From Octopus vulgaris (lineage: Eukaryota): a stretch of 64,000 nt of DNA. Numbering within the stretch: position 1 is the first letter of the stretch; each line of letters starts with the position of its first letter. Under the pieces are notes generated by a model. The model did not search any database. It was not told where the DNA came from and saw only the letters and a program-made list of their open reading frames with translations. Shown here one piece after another: positions 50,671-64,000 of the stretch. Where the stretch lies: positions 33,294,001-33,358,000 of the forward strand of contig OX597825.1 of the NCBI GenBank assembly GCA_951406725.2, read 5' to 3'. The translations under genes and the position numbers were made by a program.

Positions 50671-52029
50671 ATTTTAAATTCCCATTGAATCCCAATAGTA
50701 TGCCAAATGTATCTTGGAATGAAAGACTGGGAAAGTAAATATGCTGAAGAGAAGTTTTTACGTCAGTTTTATAAATTGTTATTTTTTTAAAAAGGTTTTG
50801 TCAGAAGAGAAAGAACAGAGCCTATGAAACCTTTCAGGGATTCCAGAACTGGTGGTAGGAATGGAGGAAATTATTCTCAGATCAGAGACTTGGTCCAAAT
50901 GATTGTATCAGTGTCGACTTCACTAAAGTAAATACTGTCTTGAGTCCTAAGGCTCATATGGTTATATGGATGGTTTCCCAGTTGCCATGAATCATAAGTA
51001 ACCAAGATCATAATATTTCTCATAGACAGGATGCCAGTCCATCACAGACTTACTCATTTCTATAGCTGAGTGGACCAGAGCAACATGAAATAAAGTGTTT
51101 TGCTCAAGAACACAATGCATCACCCAGTCCAGGAATCGAAACTACAATTGCAAAATCATAAGTGCAACACCTTAACCACTAAGCCAAGTTCCTTCATAGT
51201 GCTCTTCACTCAAAGCAGCCAAATATGGCTAGTATTTTCTAGTAAAGGATCATATAGATGGAGTTAAAAAAAGCATTCACAAAGAATAGATTTTTAAACA
51301 TGTAAACATAAAGCCAATTTCTTTCATGACAGATACTTCAGGCATAAGCTCAATGTTTTATCTTGAAATATGTTTCAAAACTCTCATTGTTATTCTTGTT
51401 TGCTCAGCCTCAAGGTAACTGAGTTGACATATATAAGATCACAGCTGAAATGCCTTCCTTTCATTATACCCTACCGTCTTGGATGTAGTAAGTTGGATGT
51501 AGTAAGAAGTTTTTGGTTGTTAATTCTTGTAATTTGAATGACCATTTAGAGATTCTTTCATAGGTTCATTATCTGAGGATTTTGAATGGTAGATATGTTT
51601 AGTTGATGAGATATGTGCAGTAGAATTTATCTGGTGATCTTCATTTTCTTCAAGATTAAGTTAACTTAACGTTTTAGCATTTAAGCTGGCCATATCTGGC
51701 CTAAATATTCTCTTTGTTTAATGTTCAAACTGGCTAGATCTGGTCTCTCGAGATAGGGGACTACTGATGCTCTCTTCTTAGTGATGTAACTACAGGTGAA
51801 GTTCTTAGCCAATAACAAATGACCATTCCTGGCATTTGTTGACTTGAGAAAAAGCTTTAACAGGGTACCATGCACAGTAGTTTGGTGATCACTAACAAAA
51901 CTAGGGCCAGAGGAAAATGACATATAAGAGCTCACTTGGAACAAAAAGCAAATTGACTTCATAGGATTTCAACTCAGAATGTAAAGAGCTGTAAATAAAT
52001 ACTGCAAGGCACTTTCTCCAAACCTTTAT

Positions 52030-52250
52030 CCCTTTCACATTTAAACAAGCCATATTTGGCCCAAAATATTCTACCTGTTTTATGTTCAAACTGGCTAGAT
52101 CTGGCCTCTCACACCTTCCCTACAATGTCATTCTAAAAATAAACAATCATACCATTGTAATCTTGAAGCTTTGAGATAATGCATAATTAATTCAAAATAA
52201 TGTGAATGAATAAGCATTGCATTTGACAGAATTATCTGAATGCTAATGGG
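52030..52250 (+). mobile_element. TTAA-type MITE (same family as 27884, 48040, 55865)
   Basis: ccctttcacatttaaac...ggcccaaaatattctacctg...ctgaatgctaatggg|ttaa. Confidence 0.75.
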
Positions 52251-53089
52251 TTAATCTAGTTAACTGTTGCTGTTTCTAATAGAAATAAGAGAAAACTTTT
52301 TTGTTCATCTTTAATTATATGAAGAGATGGAAACCAGCCACAGAAAAATTCCCTCAGCAAATTCTGTCTGACCCAAGCAAGCACAGAAAAGTGGACATTA
52401 AATGATTAGGAAGATGATGATGACCTTGTATTATTTATAGAATAACCATTAAGCTGTGATCTGCTATAAATATTCAGTTTAAAGCTTCCAGTGTTTTTCC
52501 ATATATATTGTCATATTGTCTTGCCTACAGTTGGAGCGAAAAGATGTTTTTTCTTCTCACAAACACAGTTCATTATGTTTTAAAATCAATTCTGTCACAT
52601 TTTGTCTCCAAGGTATTTGGAATCCCACTTAGTTACATTGCTGTTTATTGTTCTTTCCCGGAAAAAAAAAAATCCAATTAATTATATTTTCTTTTATGTC
52701 TAAGATATGTAGCTACACAAAGACATGTCTAATAAAAAAAAGCAAAAAAGGAAGAAAGCATTGTTGAGATATTTACAAGGATGAAGAGCAAATATATACT
52801 GGTGTAAATCATTTATGTCTGATTGTTTTAGATGTGTTTATGACTGAATAGTAGCTTAAAAAGATTATAGATTTGAAAACATTAAGATTAGTGTTCATGT
52901 AATCAATATATGTTAGTCAGAGCAGACTAGGTAAATGTTTGATATATGCTGTTACTAATCAGCTCCCAAGTAGATGTTACCACACATTTTATACATACAT
53001 AATTATGAACATACATATGCACCCCTACTCCACATCTTTTACTGGTTTCATAACTTTAGAAAGAGATACAGACAATTAAATAGACAGAT

Positions 53090-53104
53090 ACATATATGTA
53101 TGTA

Positions 53105-53149
<45 letters not shown>

Positions 53150-53213
53150 CACACACTCATACACACATAAATATACACACACATATATAGAGATATATAC
53201 ATATATATATATG

Positions 53214-53289
<76 letters not shown>

Positions 53290-53563
53290 TGTATATATAT
53301 ATGCATATATATATGCATGTATATATATGTATATCCATATACATATATGCATATAAGCACATATATATGCACACACACATATATATGCTTATATATATAT
53401 GCATATATATATGTATATATTGATATATATCTGTATGTATGCATATATATATATATATATGCATACATACATATATATATATATGCATTTATATATATAT
53501 ATACATATATATATATGCATATATATATGCACATATATATGCATATATACATACATATATATG

Positions 53564-53598
<35 letters not shown>

Positions 53599-53650
53599 GT
53601 GTATATATATATACATACATACATACACATACACATACATGCATACACAT
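53090..53650. repeat. ~560-bp (TA)n/(CATA)n/(TATG)n tract
   Basis: Visible. Confidence 0.95.
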
Positions 53651-53958
53651 GCACCCCCCCCACAGACTTGCAATAATGAATCGTCATGAGTTTTCTGAAA
53701 TTACAAGACTAAATGTTGTATTGGTTTTCCTCTGATGTGTAAAGCGGTCATTAACGTGCAACCAGTAATGAGTAAGAAACAGACTATTGAGTGACATTAA
53801 AGCTTTGGCTGTGTGTAATATTGTCATAAAGGAGCCGATAAATCAATTAGAAGCCTACACCGTAGGTGAGAATAAGAAATCAACTTAACATTATGTTGAC
53901 CTGAAAGCACAATCGAGAAAGCTAGAAATGTACAAGTTAATGCAGGCTGATAATATGT

Positions 53959-54180
53959 TCATCATCATCATCGTCGTCGTCGTCGTCGTCGTCGTCTTCG
54001 TCGTCGTCGTCGTCTTCGTCGTCGTCGTCGTCACCACCACCACCACCACCACCACCTCCTCCTCCTCCTCCTCCTCCTCCTTCTTCTTCTTCTTCTCCTT
54101 CTTCTTTCTCCTCTTCTTCTTCTTCTTCTTCTTCTTCTTCTTCTTCTTCTTCTTCTTCTTCTTCTTCTTCTTCTTCTTCT
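53959..54180. repeat. In-phase compound trinucleotide repeat (ATC)(GTC)(ACC)(TCC)(TTC)
   Basis: Visible. Confidence 0.95.
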
Positions 54181-55004
54181 GTTGATGTGAAGTCACGAAT
54201 TTACGAATTTATTTAAATGGATTATAATTTTAACACTAACTAGTATAGTTCTAATTGTTGTTGTTGTTGCTATTTAGCCTGTTTAACTCTGATTTAATAG
54301 CTCTGTGACCAAAGGCATTCTGACTGGGTCCACCTTGTCTCTTACTATGTGCATGAAACCTAGGACAGTATTATCCAATGTGTGCCTTATAAGACAGTGA
54401 GATATGATTTGAAGGAGATTTTGCTGCTATTTTTAGCAGGTCAAAATACCATATTGAGAGAAAAGCTCCTTCACTGACTCTTTTAGTATTACAAGAGATG
54501 AAGACAGCAAACTGGTAAAATTGTTGCCACACTGGGGAAAATGCTTAGTGGAATTTCTTCCTACTTTATGTTCTGAGTTCAAATACAACTGGGGGTTAGC
54601 TTTGCCTTTCACCCTTTTGAGGTCAATAAAATAAGTACCAGTTGAATACTAGGATCAATGTGATCAATTTATCGCATTCCCTAAAATTGCTGGCCTTGTG
54701 CCAGAGTTAGAAATCAATATTACAATAGATGAAGGCAGTGAGCAGCAGTTTTTGTTACGCTAGTGCCTGCCATACGAGCACCAACAATTTGACTTCTTTG
54801 AAAGTCCGATAGATCTGTCATTTTAATGAATTTATTTACCTTTTTCTGATGATATCTGAAAAGAAACAGCAATTTTAGCAAAACATATCAAGCAACACTA
54901 ATAATAAATCAAGAAACAAATATAAACAAGCTTTTGATGTTTTTATAGATATTTTAAAATTATGATGCTATGATGCTAGGTGCTTCCATTATTTTGTCCA
55001 ACCC

Positions 55005-57155
<2,151 letters not shown>

Positions 57156-57160
57156 ATAAT

Positions 57161-57474
57161 ATATCAAAACAGAGGGTAGAAAAAAGTTTTGGTTTTATTA
57201 TTCACCATTACATGTGTTTCATATACTAATAGGAGTTACAAAATTGTACATGTAGTAGAAAACATGTAAGACATCTCCTATTAGAAATTCTTCTGATAGA
57301 GAATCAAGTAATCATTTATAATTATTTGATTCTCTGTTTGAAGAATTTCTAATAGGAGATATCTTACATGTTTTCCAACAGTTACAATTTTGTAACTCCT
57401 ATTAGCAAATGAAACATGTGTAATAGTGAATAAATAATACATGTTTTTTTTTTCCCAATCTCTTGTTTTGATAT
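57161..57474. repeat. Imperfect ~310-bp palindrome (foldback MITE-like)
   Basis: ctaataggagttacaaaattgta / tacaattttgtaactcctattag and atctcctattagaaattcttc / gaagaatttctaataggagat pair around about 57317. Confidence 0.85.
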
Positions 57475-57624
57475 ATAATTACTCTGCAAAAAATATTTTC
57501 CAGTATTTTTCAACTCTTATGCATGCCTCGCGCAAATATAGCATCTACATGCAATTTTGAAATTCTGGAATACGCAGATCAGTTTCAAGAGAATGACACT
57601 GCTTGAATTATAACCCTACTACAC

Positions 57625-57646
57625 TCTCTCTCACTCTCTCTCTCTC

Positions 57647-57694
<48 letters not shown>

Positions 57695-57749
57695 CATACA
57701 TATAACAAGATACAATATATATTTATACATACATGTACTTATGTATACA

Positions 57750-57780
<31 letters not shown>

Positions 57781-58023
57781 ATCTATAACGTATATAACAT
57801 ATATACATATATGTAAATACATTCACACATACACACGCATGCACACACATACACATGTATGTATGTATACATAAATATATGTATATATATATATATATAT
57901 ATGCATGTATGTATAGTATAGATATACATATATACATACACACACATACATGTATGCATGTGTGTAATTTATAATATATGTGTGTGTGTATATATGCATG
58001 TATGTATGTATAGTATATATATT

Positions 58024-58073
<50 letters not shown>

Positions 58074-58145
58074 CACACATACATACATGTATGCATGTGT
58101 ATAATTTATAATATATATATATGTGTGTGCATGTGTGTATGTATT
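57625..58145. repeat. (TA)n/(TG)n/(CA)n tract
   Basis: Visible. Confidence 0.9.
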
Positions 58146-58988
58146 TATTATGAAAGTTTGCTGCTCTCGATGTTGCTATCAAGTGCGATCACAAGGTCAA
58201 ACAACTCACAATTTCCCCGCCGTATCTTAGCATAACATCAGCAAATAGCCTTTGTGCGAAAACAACAAAGCAATGCATAGGATAATTGAAACAAGAATAA
58301 TAAATATTCTGCTCATTTCTAGCTATTGACTATGATGGAGCTGACATAAACAAGTGGAATTAATATTTTGCTAATAATTATAATGTGAAGTAGATTGGCA
58401 AAAATGGTAGAGTGCCAAATTGAAATGCCTATTGGGATTTAGTTATGTTCCTACATATTCTGAGTTTTAAATCCCACTGTAATTGACTTGTGTTTCATCT
58501 TGCTTATTGGCATCCATAAAACAAGACCTAGTCAAATAATTGGCACAGATTAAATCAGCGGTACCCCTTCCCTAGCAAAAATATGTAGAATTTGTGCTGA
58601 AATTAGAAATCAATATTTTTCTCAATTTTTGTTTGCATTTAATTTGTTTATTATAAATTAATTCCAAGGGTGGTAGATTGATATAATTAGCAGCATATTG
58701 GATAGAACCCATAGTGGAAGTTTCTTCATTCTGAGTTTCATATCATGCTGTGATTAACTTTGCTTTTCCTTCATCTAGGATTTTTCAATTGGGGAGGGGT
58801 TAGTACTTCACTGTTACTTTATTTTATCAGCCCTGAAAGGATCTAAGGCTAAGTTGATCTCAGTAGAATTTGAACTCAGAATGTAAAAGTGAATGAAATG
58901 TCACTAAACATTTTTTTTTCTGGCATACGAACAATTCTGCTAGCTCACTGCCTTACTGCTGCTACTGCTGCTGCTGCTACTACTACTA

Positions 58989-59026
<38 letters not shown>

Positions 59027-59035
59027 ACTACTACA

Positions 59036-59097
<62 letters not shown>

Positions 59098-59317
59098 CAC
59101 CACCACCACCAATAATAATAATAATGATGATAATAATAGTAGTGATTTCAAATTTTTGACACAAGAGCAGCTTGCAGGTGGGGATTATGCTGATTACATC
59201 TGCCCCAGTGTTTCACCGGTACTTAATTTATCAACTCCATAAAGATGAAAGGCCAAGTCAACTTTGGCAGGATAGTAATAGTTAAAATAATAAGAGTAGG
59301 AATAGCCTGCTATTATT

Positions 59318-59540
59318 AGGGCAGTGAGCTGGCTGAACCGTTAGCACACCAGGTAAAATACTTGGTGGCATTTCGTCCGTCTCTATGTCCTGAGTTCAAA
59401 TTCTGCCTAGGTCGACTTTGCTTTTCATCCTTTCAGAGTTGATAAATTAAGTACCAGTGAAACACTGGGGTTGATGTAATCAACTAGTCCCCCCACCCAC
59501 AAATTTGAGGCCTTGTGCCTCCTGTAGAAAGGATTATTAT
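59318..59540 (+). mobile_element. SINE family C, full length (tRNA head, Deu/Nin-like domain, (ATT)n tail)
   Basis: ggcagtgagctggc...gagttcaaattc...gcttttcatcctttcagagttgataaattaagtaccag...gtagaaaggattattat. Confidence 0.8.
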
Positions 59541-59559
59541 AATAACAATAGGAACAGCC

Positions 59560-59924
59560 TGTGAAGGCACATAGCTTAGTGATAATGCATAGCTCAGTTG
59601 GTGAGAGCATTGGGCTCACAAGCATGAGGTTATGAGTTTGATTCCTGAACCGGGCTGTGTGTTGTGTTCTTGAGCAAGACATTTTATTTCACATTGCCCC
59701 AGTTCACTCAGCTGTAGAAATGAATTGCAATGTCACTGGTGCCAAGCTGTATCAGCCTTTGCCTTTCCCTTGGATAACACTGGTGGTGTGAAGAGGGGAG
59801 GCTGGTATGCATGGGAGACTGCAGGTCTTCCATAAACAACCTTGCCCTGATTTGTGCCTTGGAGGGGAACTTTCTAGGTACAATCCCATGGTCATTTATG
59901 ACTAAAGGGGGTCTTTAGCCTTTT
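59560..59924 (+). mobile_element. SINE family B subfamily copy with 11-bp TSD
   Basis: TSD TAGGAACAGCC at 59549-59559 and 59925-59935. Confidence 0.8.
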
Positions 59925-60579
59925 TAGGAACAGCCAATTCGTTATAATAGCTCACAATTCAATAGAATAGCTCAAATAGAGCAATCTTCATACAGGTTAC
60001 ACACTCTGTACTACAAGTACCTAATAATCTAAAACAACACATCTCATGCAACATAGAATAACTATACAAGATTAAGACCCAATAAAATAACACAACTCAC
60101 CTTATACACTCCATACAGAGCAGAACATAGACTAATATAACAAGAAACAAGAAACTAAACTCCACAATAAAACAAAGTGATGCAGTATTCCAACAGGAGG
60201 ATTCTACACTCCCACAATTCTCACAAAAATAAGAACACAATGTAGCATACCCTGTCGACATAGAGGCTTACCAAGTGTTGCAGTAGAAACTGATGTGAAT
60301 CTACTGAAGAACAACTTTTCATAATGATAATAATAATAATAACAGTTTCAAATTTTGGTACACAGCCAGATCAATGTATTCCAGCTATGATCATCCACCT
60401 TATTTTGGGAAAATGTATTCAGGATGATATTATCTAATGTATCCTTCATTTTTTTTAAATAGTAGGTTGTGGTTTGCAGGTAATTTAGTTACTATTTCTA
60501 ATAGATTGCACAACCACATAAAGGCTTGTGCATTCTGCCGCAGTAGTAGTGTTTACATGTGTTTTTAATATGTTCAAAC

Positions 60580-60750
60580 AGTAGACACATTGCTAGTAGT
60601 AGACATAGTGGCCAATTAGTTACCAATAGTATTATGTAACTACCAATAGTAGACATGTAGTTAGCAATAGTAGGCATGTAGTTAGCAATAGTAAGAATGC
60701 AAATACCAATAGTAGATATGTAGTTAGCAATAGTAAGCATTTAGCAATAA
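60580..60750. repeat. 21-bp minisatellite (tagttagcaatagtagacatg)
   Basis: About 7 diverged tandem units. Confidence 0.8.
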
Positions 60751-61697
60751 ATAACTATTTTAACATAATTTCAACTTATCATTGTTTCCAACGAAATATA
60801 AAAGCTTTACTCCTTTTTTTTCTTTTTTGACAATAACGGTTTAAATAAGTATTTCTAGTTAACTCAGTATTGTTAAGAGACTGAAGGAAACAAATCAATA
60901 AAAACATTCAGATAAGCATTATTTGTAAAAAAAGAAAAAGTGCAAAGCCGTTCAATTAGTCCCTTATTATTTAAAAACAGATGAAAGCAATGAGATGACT
61001 TTGTTAGGTCATTGGTGCAAAATAATTAGCAGCATTTCTTCTGATACCCTACATTCTAAGTTCAAATTCCACCAAGGTCAACTTTGCCTTTCCTCCTGAC
61101 AGGGTCAATAAAATGAGTACCAATTAAGCACCCCAAAATTGCTGACCCTTTGCTAATTAGTAGATGAGAAAGGGTTAAATGAATAACATTCAGTTAAATC
61201 GTTATCATAAAGAAGCAGAAAAGTGCTATAATTCTTCAAAAAAAAAAAAACTTTGTAAGATATTGATGGTGTATTGGAAATGTTCTACTAACTATAAGTG
61301 AGATAGATAAAGATGAATGTTTTGTTAGGATGTGAGGATGTTAAACTAAACAGGAACAGACAATGTAGAGCTGACTCTATACAGAGATTATGTTGTATTA
61401 TAACTTGTATAAATAACTTCAGATAAAATAAATTTAATGACACAAAGATGCCGAACAATAAAGATGAATACTTCCAACAAAATCAATTAAGTAAATAGTT
61501 GATAAAGATTAAGTTTATACAAACTTCAGTAAGAAGATGGTGCATGACAGAATAAACAGAACAAAAAGAAATACAATTACTATTTCATTGTGCAAGGAAT
61601 AACATATTATCATGATGCAATTTAGCAAGACACCGTATGAAACGGAATGCCACAATACAAAAGTTCTTAATCATATTCTAGTGAGTTGTTATAACAA

Positions 61698-61937
61698 TCA
61701 TCATCATCATCATCATCACCACCACCATCATCATCATCACCATCATCCCCACCATCATCATCATCATCACCACCATCATCATCATCATCGTCTTCCTCCT
61801 CCTCCTCCTCCTCCTCCTCCTCATCATCATCATCATCATCATCACCACCACCATCATCATCACCATCATCACCACCATCATCATCATCATCGTCATCGTC
61901 GTCCTCCTCCTCCTCCTCCTCCTCCTCCTCCTCCTCC

Positions 61938-61979
<42 letters not shown>

Positions 61980-61987
61980 CCATCATC
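61698..61987. repeat. Compound (CAT/CAC)n-(CCT)n repeat present as a duplicated block
   Basis: The CAT..CAC..CGT..CCT succession occurs twice, then runs into a (CAT)n retroelement tail. Confidence 0.9.
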
Positions 61988-62854
61988 AGTTTTCAATGTC
62001 CATGCTTGCATGGGTCAGATAGATTTATTGAGGCAAATTTTCTATGGCTGGATGCTTTTGCTGTTGCCAACCCTCGTCTATTTCCAAGCAAAGTAATATT
62101 TCTTCACGTTCAAATATGATTTTGCAGAATACTAGAAATGAACGACACTATTTGTATGACAGTGACCGTCATTTTACAGCTAACACGCAATGTCAAGACA
62201 AGAACACATATGTGCACATGCATGCACACACACACACACTGGGCTTCTTTCAGTTTCCTTCTACCAGATCCATTCAAGCCTTCAGTTGGCCCAGATTTAA
62301 AGGAGAAGACATTTGCTTGTGGTACCATGCATGGAGCTGAACCTGAAACCATATGGTTGGGAGTCAAATTCTTATCACACAGCCATGCACCAATGTATTT
62401 GAAATACTCATATGCAGAAAGACATGGTGCAACAAAAAGATTTCTCTTACATTCTAATATGATATAGATTGACAGAGTACTCTGTAACAGGATGGCAACA
62501 GCTAATTAGGTTAGTAGAAGTGCTTTTATTTACAAGAAAAAAAAAACTCTACCAAATACTTGTGGCTTTTTTATTTAAGAAGTGCAGCTAAATTCAGCTG
62601 GAAAGACAGTGACATTGCATCACATAATAATGTTTTTAGATGACATTGCATGTCTAAAGTTTCTTGCCACAGTTAGACTGCAAAATTATATTGAGTGAAG
62701 ACATGTCTAAATTTGGAAGTGTATATGTCGCGTGGCAGGTGATATGTGACATATTGACATATTTAGTGCAAAGGGTATGGCCACTAGATAAAAACAGAGA
62801 CAAAGATACACACACACACACATGTATATATATATATATATATATATAATTAGT

Positions 62855-62895
<41 letters not shown>

Positions 62896-63272
62896 GAAAA
62901 GTGGAAAAAAAAGTCAAGATAGAAAATGCTAAAATAATTTTATAAAAAACATTTCAGTACCAGTTTCAGTCATTGAGACTTTTTCAACTTTAAGTATGGA
63001 AAACAATTAAATTTAGAAATATTAAAAAAGTTTTTTTAAAAGAATGATTGTATAGTGTTCGTTTTCCTTGTTTCTGCCTTCTCTGTCTCTCTTGTTTACT
63101 CTTGTGAGTTCGAGGTTCTTGTGTATGTATATATATATATATATATATATAAATTATTAGAGAGTTAATAATTTATGTATAAATTTGTATTTTCTCCGTA
63201 GTTTTTTGTGCTAAGCCACTCGGTGTTAATTTAATGGTATTATTAAATTAATATCGATTTTTCACCCTCATT

Positions 63273-63319
<47 letters not shown>

Positions 63320-63320
<1 letters not shown>

Positions 63321-63471
63321 GGGTGTGTAATAAGTAACTTGCTAACCAACCACATGATTCCAGGTTCAGTCCCACTGCATGGCACCTTGGGCAAGTGTCT
63401 TCTACTATAGCGTTAGGCTGAACAAAGCCTTGTCAGTGGATTTGGTAGATAGAAATTGAAAGAAGCCAGTC

Positions 63472-63522
<51 letters not shown>

Positions 63523-63833
63523 TATATACGTATATATTTGTGTGTCTGTGTGTCCCCCTCCATCGCTTGACAACCGATGTTGGTGTGTTTACGTCCCTGT
63601 AACTTAGTGGTTCGGCAAAAGAGAGCGATAAAATAAAAAAGAAAAAGAATATATATATATATATATGAGACGGGCTTCTTTCAGTTTCTGTTTATCAAAT
63701 CCACTCACAAGGCTTTGATCAACCTGAGGCAATAGTAAAAGATATTTGCAATAGTAAAAGAAGGTGCCATGCAGTGGAACTGAACCCAGGACCATGCAGT
63801 TGGGAAGCAACCTTCTTATCACCCAGCCATGCA
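63320..63833. mobile_element. Two partial family A SINEs in inverted orientation (63320-63645 +, 63665-63833 -)
   Basis: Family A head on + strand, then a reverse-complement head. Confidence 0.75.
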
Positions 63834-64000
63834 TGAACCTAAAGGTGGGCACCGTTAATTGAAAAGTTAACTTCGTTAACCATTAATCTGTTAACCAAAA
63901 AGTTAACTTTGATAACCGTTAATCAGTTAATTCTTTAAAAAAAAAATGGAAGTTATTGATACACCGTTGTAACATAGACAGGAAAGTCACCAATGTGACA

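Noticed and set aside
60580-60750. CRISPR-like array
   Set aside because: Contiguous 21-bp units without unique spacers, in eukaryotic context with no cas genes.
61612-62022. Poly-His/poly-Pro ORF
   Set aside because: Compound trinucleotide repeat contiguous with a retroelement (CAT)n tail; no splice or homology support.

Overview
This is AT-rich, microsatellite- and SINE-saturated eukaryotic DNA. The SINE/LINE repertoire points to a coleoid cephalopod, probably Octopus (inference). The only well-supported gene is the 5' part of a DDHD1-type phospholipase A1 (PA-PLA1) on the minus strand. It has five coding exons (13694-13067, 10542-10375, 6781-6653, 3980-3842, 1154-1039) with GT-AG junctions that join in frame (about 393 codons), and the gene continues beyond the left edge. 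Its CpG-rich promoter/5'UTR lies at about 13.7-14.3 kb. The remaining ~50 kb is a mosaic of four SINE families, decayed retroelements (RTE, R4/Dong, L1/Tx1-like, Penelope, Gypsy), DNA transposons (mariner, DD37D, hAT-like, TTAA-flanked MITEs), long palindromes and simple repeats. Most ORFs in the supplied track are microsatellite or SINE artefacts. I found no convincing novel multi-gene system. The most unusual items are a near-perfect 646-bp palindrome, self-nested MITEs, a (TAA)n insertion hotspot, hammerhead-like motifs, and uORF/hairpin features of DDHD1.
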